Source: Bacilli bacterium (GTDB taxonomy: Bacteria; Bacillota_I; Bacilli_A; RFN20; CAG-826). From it: a stretch of DNA of 33,766 nucleotides. The position numbers and the translations under genes were made by a program. Positions 1-8,843 of the stretch are shown one piece after another. Under the pieces are notes generated by a model, which saw only the letters and a list, made by a program, of their open reading frames with translations, did no database searches and was not told the origin of the DNA. The first letter of the stretch is position 1. Each line of letters begins with the position of its first letter. The stretch spans positions 1-33,766 of the forward strand of contig JBGUGI010000067.1 in NCBI GenBank assembly GCA_045111495.1, in the 5' to 3' direction.

Positions 1-299
1 TTATCTCCACAGATGAGATTACCTCTAATGTAGGCACCTGGTCTAACTTCAGTATTGCTACCGATAATGGCAGGAGGAATGATTGTCGCTGTTTCAGCGA
101 TTTTCACATTTTCACCAACGAGGACGCCTTCTTTTAAGACGGTATATCCTGGAATACCTACTTCAAGTAATTTAGCGATTAATTCTTTGATGTGTGGGAG
201 CATTTCCCATGGATATTCATATTGATCAAAGAACTCTTTCATGAATGAAGGTTCTTCGATATTGAATAAATCTCTAGTTAAAACAGCTTTCTTATTCAT
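1..299 (-). CDS. GlmU-like hexapeptide-repeat (left-handed beta-helix) acetyltransferase, N-terminal part; runs off the window start
   Basis: Not in the ORF track; translated by hand. ATG at 299 overlaps the glmM stop (ATGAATAA). Reads MNKKAVLTRDLF...YPWEML...VLVGENVKIAETATIIPPAIIGSNTEVRPGAYIRGNLICGD, i.e. a YPWE motif plus hexapeptide repeats typical of GlmU-related acetyltransferases. Confidence 0.75.
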   Translation of the reverse strand, partial: MNKKAVLTRDLFNIEEPSFMKEFFDQYEYPWEMLPHIKELIAKLLEVGIPGYTVLKEGVLVGENVKIAETATIIPPAIIGSNTEVRPGAYIRGNLICGD

Positions 300-1932
300 C
301 GATGACAAAGCCTCTTTTCTTAACGACGTTATAAATCTTTTCGATATATTCTTCACAGCCTTGTAATGTTGGATATTCCACCATGATACGGATGACTGGT
401 TCAGTACCGGATTGTCTTAATAACGCTCTACCGTTATCACCGATTTCTTTATTCACTTCGTCGAATTTAGCCTTAACAGCTTCATCTTCAACGGCAGCGT
501 TCTTATCGGTCACTCTGACGTTCTTTGTTTTTTGTGGTAATAACTTCACAGGGGCGACGAGTTTAGATAAAGAATCTTTTCTTTCGAGCATTTCTTCAGC
601 GACCATAATCGCGGTTAAAACACCATCACCTGTAGTAGCGTATTTTCTAATAATGATATGACCAGATTGTTCACCACCAAGGGTATAACCATCACTCATC
701 ATTTTTTCAAAGACGAATCTATCACCAACTTTGGTTCTAATCATCTTACAGCCAATGCCTTTAAGGGCTTTTTCAAGACCACTGTTGGACATGATTGTGG
801 CAACGACTGTGTCGTTATCAAGTGAACCTTCACTCTTAAGCTTGTTGGCTAATAAGTACATGATTTTATCACCATCAACTTCTTTACCGTTTTCATCAAC
901 AGCAATACATCTATCAGCGTCACCATCGAAGGCAAAGCCAACATCAAGTTTTTCTTCTTTAACAAACTTGCAGAATTTTTCGATATGAGTACTACCAGCA
1001 TCAACGTTGATATTTAAGCCATCTGGACGGTTGTTAATGATATATACTTGCGCACCTAAGGCTTCGAAAACACTCTTAGCGATCATCCAAGAAGCACCAT
1101 TCGCGGTATCTAAACCGATTCTAAGTTTTTTCATGGAGTGTTTGGCTAAGGAGATTAAATAACCAATGTATCTATTTCTACCAGAAGAGTAGTCATTAAT
1201 TGTGCCGATATCACCACGTTTCGCAAATGGTAAATCGTCTTCACCATCTAAACCTAATGTTTTGAAATCTTTATCTAAGTAGGCTTCAGCGAGATAGGCA
1301 ACACCATCTTCTAACTTTTCACCATTACCATTAATGACTTTAATGCCATTATCATAGAACGGGTTATGAGAAGCGGTAATCATAACGCCACAGTCAAAGC
1401 AGTCTTGTCTTACAATGTAAGAGACTGATGGAGTGGTTGTGACGTGTAATAATTCAACGTCCGCGCCAGATGATGCTGCACCTGCGGCTACTGCGTATTC
1501 AAGCATATAGGAAGATCTTCTGGTATCTTTACCAATAACGATCTTTGGCCTATAGCCTGGTTTTTGCATATTGTACTTAGGATTGGAATAGAACCAACCT
1601 AAGAATCTACCAATTTTATAAGCTTTGTCTGAATTTAATAATTCATTAGCTTCGCCTCTGAAACCATCAGTACCAAAATATTTGGTTTTGACGTTTTCGC
1701 TTGGAAGTTCGACTTTCTTACCACGATGGATGACGATGTTATCATCAATCAATTCATCCGCGGTAATTTTGAATAACACACATAAATCTTTAATAGTATT
1801 TAAAGGAGGAAGTGTGTCATTGTTTTCCCATTTAGATAAGGATTGTCTGGATGTTTTTAAAGCTTTCGCTAGTTCTTCCTGAGAAATGTTGTTAGCAATT
1901 CTAAGGTGAACAATTTTTTCACCAATTGTCAT
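292..1932 (-). CDS. glmM: Phosphoglucosamine mutase with an N-terminal XRE-family helix-turn-helix fusion
   Basis: GlmM motifs KYFGTDG, GKDTRRSS, phosphoserine loop MITASHNP, metal loop DGDADR, GGEQSGH, RQSGTEP. The first ~65 aa (IGEKIVHLR...SQEELAKALKTSRQSLSKWEN...P) are an XRE HTH. Confidence 0.93.
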   Translation of the reverse strand: MTIGEKIVHLRIANNISQEELAKALKTSRQSLSKWENNDTLPPLNTIKDLCVLFKITADELIDDNIVIHRGKKVELPSENVKTKYFGTDGFRGEANELLNSDKAYKIGRFLGWFYSNPKYNMQKPGYRPKIVIGKDTRRSSYMLEYAVAAGAASSGADVELLHVTTTPSVSYIVRQDCFDCGVMITASHNPFYDNGIKVINGNGEKLEDGVAYLAEAYLDKDFKTLGLDGEDDLPFAKRGDIGTINDYSSGRNRYIGYLISLAKHSMKKLRIGLDTANGASWMIAKSVFEALGAQVYIINNRPDGLNINVDAGSTHIEKFCKFVKEEKLDVGFAFDGDADRCIAVDENGKEVDGDKIMYLLANKLKSEGSLDNDTVVATIMSNSGLEKALKGIGCKMIRTKVGDRFVFEKMMSDGYTLGGEQSGHIIIRKYATTGDGVLTAIMVAEEMLERKDSLSKLVAPVKLLPQKTKNVRVTDKNAAVEDEAVKAKFDEVNKEIGDNGRALLRQSGTEPVIRIMVEYPTLQGCEEYIEKIYNVVKKRGFVIDE

Positions 1933-1999
1933 ATTATGTATGGCTCCCTTGTATGTGACAATAGATTAACATTTTGAATGTAAATTACAATTAAAAAGT

Positions 2000-2114
2000 G
2001 TAAAGTTTTGTTTACTTAATAGTTTATTAACAATTATTATAACTATGTTATAAGACAATATATCTTTATTATTATATATTATTTAAATTTTTATTTACGT
2101 AAGTGTTTGTTTAC
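2000..2114. promoter_or_regulatory. Candidate operator palindromes upstream of HTH-glmM
   Basis: GTAAA-gttttg-TTTAC (2000-2015) and GTAAG-tgtttg-TTTAC (2099-2114), plus perfect TTATAAC-tat-GTTATAA (2037-2053). Confidence 0.4.
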
Positions 2115-2136
2115 GTATGAAACTTAAATGAAACAT

Positions 2137-2164
2137 AAAAAGGGCCATATTAATAATGACCCTT
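2137..2164 (-). terminator. Rho-independent terminator after the AbiEi-like gene
   Basis: Minus strand AAGGGTCAT-tattaat-ATGGCCCTT followed by TTT. Confidence 0.65.
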
Positions 2165-2190
2165 CGTTTTCATTTCGCGCTTTTAAAAAG

Positions 2191-2991
2191 TTAAAGACCG
2201 TATTTATCCTTCAATTCTTTCAAAGATGTTTCACCATCTTTAATTTGATTGTTCTCTAAATTAGATAGGCCATCATTAACGATTGTTGCTTCTTCATCTT
2301 TGTCGATATCGAACGTTGTTTTCGTTTTCTCTCTATTTATTACATTCATATTTTCACCATTTCCAAAAGCCTTTGATAAACCAGTTTCATCCAAAATAGC
2401 TCTAACTCTCTGGCTGTAAAGCTTGATGTACTTATGAAAATTGCTGTTGATCAAATACTTAGTTATGTAAGACTTTAAGAGCTTTTTATTGTTTATTATT
2501 TCTTCATCATTCAACGACATCGAAATCATATCCAAGAACTGGAGGATTTTCCAATTGGTGTGATCTATTTCTGTTTTCCCTTTACGGAGTATCGCCATTC
2601 TTCCGTTAATATTAATCGTTCTTTTGCATGTACATTTATTTGTAGTTATTTCAATAATTGCTGGAACTTGTTGGGATATTCCGAAGTGATGCAAAAAAGT
2701 TTGTCCTGAATAGTATCCATAAATGTTTACATCAAAGCCTTTTATTCCAAAATCGTCCTTAATATATTTTTTCTCAATAATATCATTGAAAGAAACAACG
2801 CTAGGAAATTCTTTATTTTCTTCTTCAAAATAATAAATACCATGTGCTTCACGAACGATTAGTTTTTGTTTAACAGCACGAGAAAGTTCTTTCCTAATAG
2901 CCGTTTTACTCTTACGACCAATTCTAATGTCTTTTAGGAAAATTGGAACACCATATCCATATATTTTCTTTAAATATTCAATAACGCCCAT
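2191..2991 (-). CDS. AbiEi/DUF6088-like (type IV TA antitoxin-like) transcriptional regulator
   Basis: N-terminal wHTH-like region (IRKELSR...LIVREAHGIYY) and the motif YGYYSG....HHFGISQQVPAIIEITTN typical of this family. No AbiEii nucleotidyltransferase toxin gene follows. Confidence 0.7.
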   Translation of the reverse strand: MGVIEYLKKIYGYGVPIFLKDIRIGRKSKTAIRKELSRAVKQKLIVREAHGIYYFEEENKEFPSVVSFNDIIEKKYIKDDFGIKGFDVNIYGYYSGQTFLHHFGISQQVPAIIEITTNKCTCKRTININGRMAILRKGKTEIDHTNWKILQFLDMISMSLNDEEIINNKKLLKSYITKYLINSNFHKYIKLYSQRVRAILDETGLSKAFGNGENMNVINREKTKTTFDIDKDEEATIVNDGLSNLENNQIKDGETSLKELKDKYGL

Positions 2992-3048
2992 ACAACGGTA
3001 GTATAATATATCGTTAATGGTTTTAATATAGTTTGATTATCAAATTTT

Positions 3049-3066
3049 TTATACATCAATGTATAA
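3049..3066. promoter_or_regulatory. Perfect inverted repeat upstream of the AbiEi-like gene (likely autoregulatory operator)
   Basis: TTATACAT-ca-ATGTATAA. AbiEi antitoxins are known to bind inverted repeats in their own promoters. Confidence 0.5.
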
Positions 3067-3090
3067 TTTTGTGACATTTTAATTTCAAAC

Positions 3091-3111
3091 AAAAACCCAC
3101 ATTGAAGTGGG
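3091..3111 (-). terminator. Terminator ending the pyrG...gdhA operon
   Basis: Minus strand CCCAC-ttcaat-GTGGG-TTTTT immediately after the gdhA stop. Confidence 0.65.
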
Positions 3112-3120
3112 CTCAATTTG

Positions 3121-4419
3121 TTATCTCTTTAGCATCTTTTCAGCAATGCCGATGAATGCGTAATTGTTCGCACCTTTGATAAGGTTATATTCATCGTTTA
3201 AGTCTTTTGCGGTGTTATAGCAGTTTCTAAAAATCGTGGCCATAATACCTTTTAATCGATTATCCACTTCTTCAAAGGACCACTTTTCGCCTTTTTTATT
3301 TTGTTCAATTTCTAAGCCGGATACCGCGACACCACCAGCGTTACTAGCTTTACCTGGTGAATAAATCACTTTGTTATTAATGAATTTCATCGCAGCTTCT
3401 AAAGTACAAGGCATATTCGCCCCTTCAAAGACACCGATACATCCGTTAGCGATTAATTTATCTGCATCGTTTTCATCAAGTTCAAATTGTGTCGCACACG
3501 GGAAAGCAATATCACATTTAATACCCCAGATATCTTTAGAATTAAGAACTTCCACTTTGTCTTTTACTAAGTCTTTATATTCTTTAATTCTTCCACGTCT
3601 ATCTTCTTTTAACGCTCTGAGTGTTTCAAAATCGATACCATTAGGCACGTAAATCGCGTTACTACTATCGTTCATAGCGATGACCTTACCGCCTAATTCA
3701 GTAACTTTCTTTAAACAATATAAAGCAACGTTACCACTTCCTGAAACGATAACATTTTTACCTTTTAAGTCTGTATCTTTATATGCTTTAAGAGCTTCTA
3801 ATGCAAAATAGGTCACACCAAAACCTGTGGCTTCTGTTCTGCATAATGAACCACCTAAATCTAATGGTTTACCGGTTAAAGAACAATCTGCTTTACCAGA
3901 ATATTTCTTATAGGCTTCATACATCGCTCTAATCTCTCTAGCGCCCACACCGATATCGCCAGCGGGGACATCTTTATCAACGCCAATATATGGGTATAGT
4001 TCTTTCATAAAGGCATCACAGAATCTAATGACTTCTGCATCGCTTTTACCTTTAGGGTCAAAATCACTACCGCCTTTAGCCCCACCCATTGGTAAAGTGG
4101 TTAAGTAGTTTTTGAAGATTTGTTCAAAGCCTAATAGTTTTAAGATAGAAACATTAACTGTTGGATGGAATCTAAGACCACCTTTATAAACACCATTAAC
4201 GTTATTATATTGGACACGGTATCCTTTGTTCATACGAGCATTGCCTTGGTCATCTTTCCATTTAATATCAAAGGTGAGGATTCTATCTGGTTCAATAATC
4301 TTATCTAGAATAGAAGCGTATCTTGGATTATTAATAACTGAATCATCCAAAGATGAAAACATTTCTTTGAGAGCCGCTTTAAATTCGGGCTGGTCATTAT
4401 ATTTTTCTAAGTCGATCAT
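3121..4419 (-). CDS. gdhA: NADP-specific glutamate dehydrogenase
   Basis: YKGGLRFHPTVN, LGFEQIFKN, MGGAKGGSDFDPKG, DVPAGDIGVG, GSGNVA, EGANMP, PGKASNAGGVAVSGLE. Confidence 0.97.
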   Translation of the reverse strand: MIDLEKYNDQPEFKAALKEMFSSLDDSVINNPRYASILDKIIEPDRILTFDIKWKDDQGNARMNKGYRVQYNNVNGVYKGGLRFHPTVNVSILKLLGFEQIFKNYLTTLPMGGAKGGSDFDPKGKSDAEVIRFCDAFMKELYPYIGVDKDVPAGDIGVGAREIRAMYEAYKKYSGKADCSLTGKPLDLGGSLCRTEATGFGVTYFALEALKAYKDTDLKGKNVIVSGSGNVALYCLKKVTELGGKVIAMNDSSNAIYVPNGIDFETLRALKEDRRGRIKEYKDLVKDKVEVLNSKDIWGIKCDIAFPCATQFELDENDADKLIANGCIGVFEGANMPCTLEAAMKFINNKVIYSPGKASNAGGVAVSGLEIEQNKKGEKWSFEEVDNRLKGIMATIFRNCYNTAKDLNDEYNLIKGANNYAFIGIAEKMLKR

Positions 4420-4432
4420 AAATAGATCCTCC

Positions 4433-6211
4433 TTATTCCACAGTCACACTCTTAGCGAGGTTTCTTGGTTTATCAACATTTAAGCCTTTGGCTAAGGCGA
4501 CATAATACGCTAAATAGAAAGCAATAGAAGAAACCGCGACGCTAGATAAATAGTAGGCATAATCTTCCACCATGATTGTGTCTTCTGGTTTAGATAAACT
4601 CTTAGTGGCGATTGTATAAACTTTTGCCCCTCTAGATTTCACTTCTTCGATATTACCTCTCATAGAAGCTGCAGTATCTGGATCAGTAATAAAGACAATA
4701 ACAGGGATACCTTTTTCAATTAAGGCAATTGGGCCATGTTTAAGTTCACCACCTGGGATTGCTTCACTATGGATATAGCTAATTTCTTTAAGTTTTAAAG
4801 AAGCTTCTAATGAAAGGAAATAGTCAAAGCTTCTACCTAAATAGAAGAGATTCTTTTTATCTTTGATTTCTTCGGCGACTTTCATGATTAATGGCTTATA
4901 GTGATCTTGAATGTCATAAATGACATCTAAAGAATCAGTTAAGTCATCAATAAGTTTTATATCGTTATTTAAAGCGGCAGCGAGCATAGCGAGTAATGTC
5001 ACTTGAGCAACATAGGCTTTCGTAGAGGCTACGGATACTTCAATACCACTATAGAGGAGCAATGAATACATCGCGTTTCTATCTAAAGTGGAGCCACCTG
5101 TATTAGTGATTATTAAGTTCTTTAAGTTATGTTCTTTGATAATCTTTAAGCAGTGAATGAGGTCAGCGGTTTCACCAGATTGAGAAATCATAATGATGAA
5201 TGGTTTCTTACCAGGATAAGTTGGATGGAATGCCCATTCAGAAGCAATAAATCTAGACGCGGATTTATCGTATTTTTCAAAATAACGGCCACCCACTAGA
5301 CCAGCGTGATAAGAAGTGCCACAGGCAATAAAGATAATATGGTCACTTTCTTCTAAGTCTTTGATGAGGTTTTGATCAAATAGATATTTGCCATCATCAT
5401 AGTATTTATTAATTAAACGTTTAACAGTTTGAGGAATCTCTTCGATTTCCTTAATCATATAATGAGGATAGCCCTTTAAATCATGGGAAATTAATTCCAC
5501 ATCTTTAGAGATGGTATCCTTTTTCACTCTTTCACCGTTTTTGTTATAAATAGCAATTTTATCTTTGGTAACAATACCAAATTCTAAGTCATCTAACTCG
5601 ATGAACTTATTTGTGTGACCAATCATTGGGGAGGCATCTGAGGCGATAAGATTAAAGCCTTCGCCTAAACCAATGAGTAATGGAGAAGCTTTTTTGATGA
5701 CATATAAAGTATTTTCATCATCATTAGTGAAGAAGGCAAAAGCGTAACTACCTTTGACTAATGTCATGATTGTTTTAATTGATTCAATAATGTCACCTTT
5801 TTCTAGGTAATAATACTCTAATAGATTAGCGATAATCTCCGTATCAGTTTCACCATAGAAACGATAGCCTTTACCAATGAGGAAACTTCTTAATTCTTTA
5901 AAGTTTTCAACGACACCGTTATGCACAAGACAAATCTTTTCGTGCATAGAGATATGTGGATGGGTATTAAGTTTTGTAGGCGCACCATGTGTGGCCCATC
6001 TAGTGTGACCAATCATGATGTTCGTATCGATTGTTTCAGGAACAATACTTAAAAGATGTTCCACACTACCGACATCCTTAAAGATTTGGATGCCATTATT
6101 AAAATAAGCGACACCCGCGGAATCATATCCACGGTAATCTAACATCTTTAAGCCACTGAAGACATAATCTTTTGGGCTAATAAATCCAACGGAACCAACA
6201 ATACCACACAT
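4433..6211 (-). CDS. glmS: Glutamine--fructose-6-phosphate aminotransferase
   Basis: N-terminal MCGIVG, YRGYDSAG, GHTRWATHG, SQSGETAD, VASTKAY, C-terminal VDKPRNLAKSVTVE. Confidence 0.98.
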   Translation of the reverse strand: MCGIVGSVGFISPKDYVFSGLKMLDYRGYDSAGVAYFNNGIQIFKDVGSVEHLLSIVPETIDTNIMIGHTRWATHGAPTKLNTHPHISMHEKICLVHNGVVENFKELRSFLIGKGYRFYGETDTEIIANLLEYYYLEKGDIIESIKTIMTLVKGSYAFAFFTNDDENTLYVIKKASPLLIGLGEGFNLIASDASPMIGHTNKFIELDDLEFGIVTKDKIAIYNKNGERVKKDTISKDVELISHDLKGYPHYMIKEIEEIPQTVKRLINKYYDDGKYLFDQNLIKDLEESDHIIFIACGTSYHAGLVGGRYFEKYDKSASRFIASEWAFHPTYPGKKPFIIMISQSGETADLIHCLKIIKEHNLKNLIITNTGGSTLDRNAMYSLLLYSGIEVSVASTKAYVAQVTLLAMLAAALNNDIKLIDDLTDSLDVIYDIQDHYKPLIMKVAEEIKDKKNLFYLGRSFDYFLSLEASLKLKEISYIHSEAIPGGELKHGPIALIEKGIPVIVFITDPDTAASMRGNIEEVKSRGAKVYTIATKSLSKPEDTIMVEDYAYYLSSVAVSSIAFYLAYYVALAKGLNVDKPRNLAKSVTVE

Positions 6212-6249
6212 TAACTTTTTCCTCTTAATGTTATATTACATTATACCGA

Positions 6250-8820
6250 TTAGAAGATTTCTTCCCTAATAATTGTTTGATTTTTATCTGGACCAGTAGA
6301 AACCATGACCACTGGTGTACCAGTTTCTTTTTCAATAAACTCCACATACTTTCTAACATTTTCTGGAAGTTTATCATAGGATTTAATATCACTGATATCT
6401 TCATCCCAACCATCTAAATATTCATAGACTGGTTTACATTCTCTTAAGACTCTATCTGAGGATGGTAAAGTATCAATTAATTGGCCCTTATATTCATAGT
6501 GGGTACAGACTGGTACTTTATCAAAACCTGTAAGAACATCAACAAGAGTTAAGCAGATATATGAAATAGAGTTAATTTGAATCGAGTATTTAAGCGCTGG
6601 TAAATCTAAGAAACCTGTTCTTCTTGGACGATGGGTGACTGTACCATATTCATGGCCTCTTTCTCTAATTAAGTCACCAATTTCATTTAATTGTTCGGTT
6701 GGGAAAGCTCCTTCACCCACTCTTGTTTCATAGGCTTTAACAATGCCTAAGATATCGTCAATACCATGACATCCAATACCCGTACCATCCACAGTGCCAC
6801 CTGAAGTGACGTTAGAGGAAGTAACATAAGGATAGCTACCAAAGTCGACATCTAATAAAGCGCCTTGCGCTCCTTCAAATAAGATATTCTTTTTAGCTTT
6901 TCTAGCTTCACCAATCATAGAGACGGTATCAGTTACCATTGGTCTAATGTAATTAGCGAGTTCGATATATTCTTTGACAGTTTTATCGTAATCAATTGGG
7001 TCACCACCCATATCGATGATTTGCTTATTCTTAATAGTTAATAAATTCTTATATAGTTCAGGGAATTCATCACTAATAAAATCACACATTCTCATGCCCA
7101 CTCTTGAGATCTTATCAGCGTAAGCAGGACCAATGCCACGCTTGGTGGTACCAATCTTTTTAGAACCTAATGATTCTTCGTTTAACCTATCTAGTTCAAT
7201 GTGATGATCAAATAGAACGTGCGCTCTATCAGAGATATAGATGTTATTCGCTGGGAATCCCGCTTTTCTAATTTCTTCCACTTCTTCTTTAAATGCTCTT
7301 GGGTTAATAACCATGCCGTTAGCAAGAATACACTTAACATTTTCATTAAAGACACCAGAAGGTATTAATCTTAAAGCGTATTTATGACCATCGAACACAA
7401 TTGTGTGACCAGCGTTATTACCACCTTGATATCTAATGACAATATCGGCTTTTTCACTTAAGAAATTAGTGATTTTGCCTTTACCTTCATCACCCCATTG
7501 GGAACCTAACACTAAAAGTGATTTACCTGGTTTAAGTAAACGGTTATAGATATTAGAAACATTCTTCAAATAATTATTTTCATCAAAGCATTCAGTAATT
7601 TCTTTTTTAGTTAAGACTTTACTAACCTTTTCATCTTCGATTAGTAAATGTCTAAATAGTTTCTTTTCATTTAATGCTTTAAAAGCGATTGGTTGAATAA
7701 GGTCATAAGCTTCTTCTCTAGACATGCCTTTATTAATTAGTTTAGAAAGGACACCACCAGAGTAGGTGACTCCATAATGTAGAAGGATGTTTTCATTCAT
7801 CTTTTCCGTGTTAACCACTAGATCTTTACAAATACCAGTGAATCTTTTAAGCATATAGTCTAAAAGCGTACAGGCATCAGGTAAGATAATACGTTCCGCG
7901 GAGCTATGAGAAATATCTCTTTCATGCCATAAGTTATTATCTTCTAAAGCCACATCAACATAACTTCTCATGATACGTGCACAGCCACAGATGTTTTCAC
8001 AGCCGATTGGATTCTTTTTATGTGGCATGGCACTACTACCTTTTTGACCTTTAGAGAATGGTTCTTGAACTTCACCAATTTCACTACGAGAAAGGTGTCT
8101 AATTTCCGTGGCCATCTTTTCTAAACATGAAGCGATTTGCGCTAAAGAGAAGATATAACCAGCATGTCTATCTCTAGATAAGACTTGTGTGGAAATTTTA
8201 GCGTAGTCCATCCCTAACTTTTTAGCGACATATTCTTCCACTGCCATTGGGATATTCGCATAGTTTCCTACCGCACCACTTAATTTAATAACTTCGATAT
8301 TCTTTCTTTCGTTTAAGAATCTTTCTTTGCAACGATTTAATTCATCAAACCATAAGGCCCATTTAAGGCCAAAGGAAGTAATCTCAGCGTGCATACCATG
8401 TGTACGACCCATGATTGGTTGTTTTTCGTACTTTTTAGCCATTTTTCTAGTGACATTGATTAAATTATCTAAATCTTCTAAAAGAAGGCTATTCGCGGCT
8501 TTTAAGGTTAAAGACTGCGCGCTATCAACCACATCAGTGGATGTTAATGAATAATGGAACCATTTCTTTTCTTCTCCAAGTTGAAGAGAAATTGATCTAG
8601 TAAAAGCAATCACATCATGTTTGGTGATGGCTTCAATTTCTTCAATAGAGGCTAAATCAACATGGGCTTTTTTAACAATAGCCTCATAATCTTTTTCAGG
8701 AATTAAACCTAACTTAAAGTAAGCTTCAATAACGGCTTCTTCGATAATGAGATAGTTATTGAATCGATTTTCATCAGAGAAGATTTGTTCAAATTCTTTA
8801 TGAGAATATCTTTTAATCAT
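6250..8820 (-). CDS. purB-purA: Bifunctional adenylosuccinate lyase (PurB, N-terminal) / adenylosuccinate synthetase (PurA, C-terminal) fusion
   Basis: PurB motifs TKHDVIAF, GRTHGMHAE, GSSAMPHKKNP, WHERDISHSSAER. After ...IYNRLLKPGK, PurA motifs QWGDEGKGK, GGNNAGHT, IGTTKRGIGPAY, FEGAQG, EYGTVTHRPRR, STGPD. Confidence 0.95.
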   Translation of the reverse strand: MIKRYSHKEFEQIFSDENRFNNYLIIEEAVIEAYFKLGLIPEKDYEAIVKKAHVDLASIEEIEAITKHDVIAFTRSISLQLGEEKKWFHYSLTSTDVVDSAQSLTLKAANSLLLEDLDNLINVTRKMAKKYEKQPIMGRTHGMHAEITSFGLKWALWFDELNRCKERFLNERKNIEVIKLSGAVGNYANIPMAVEEYVAKKLGMDYAKISTQVLSRDRHAGYIFSLAQIASCLEKMATEIRHLSRSEIGEVQEPFSKGQKGSSAMPHKKNPIGCENICGCARIMRSYVDVALEDNNLWHERDISHSSAERIILPDACTLLDYMLKRFTGICKDLVVNTEKMNENILLHYGVTYSGGVLSKLINKGMSREEAYDLIQPIAFKALNEKKLFRHLLIEDEKVSKVLTKKEITECFDENNYLKNVSNIYNRLLKPGKSLLVLGSQWGDEGKGKITNFLSEKADIVIRYQGGNNAGHTIVFDGHKYALRLIPSGVFNENVKCILANGMVINPRAFKEEVEEIRKAGFPANNIYISDRAHVLFDHHIELDRLNEESLGSKKIGTTKRGIGPAYADKISRVGMRMCDFISDEFPELYKNLLTIKNKQIIDMGGDPIDYDKTVKEYIELANYIRPMVTDTVSMIGEARKAKKNILFEGAQGALLDVDFGSYPYVTSSNVTSGGTVDGTGIGCHGIDDILGIVKAYETRVGEGAFPTEQLNEIGDLIRERGHEYGTVTHRPRRTGFLDLPALKYSIQINSISYICLTLVDVLTGFDKVPVCTHYEYKGQLIDTLPSSDRVLRECKPVYEYLDGWDEDISDIKSYDKLPENVRKYVEFIEKETGTPVVMVSTGPDKNQTIIREEIF

Positions 8821-8843
8821 AAGTTAGGTTTTTCCTTTCGTTA

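Noticed and set aside
6212-6249. glmS ribozyme
   Set aside because: Only 38 nt of AT-rich spacer precede glmS, with no room or consensus for the ribozyme.
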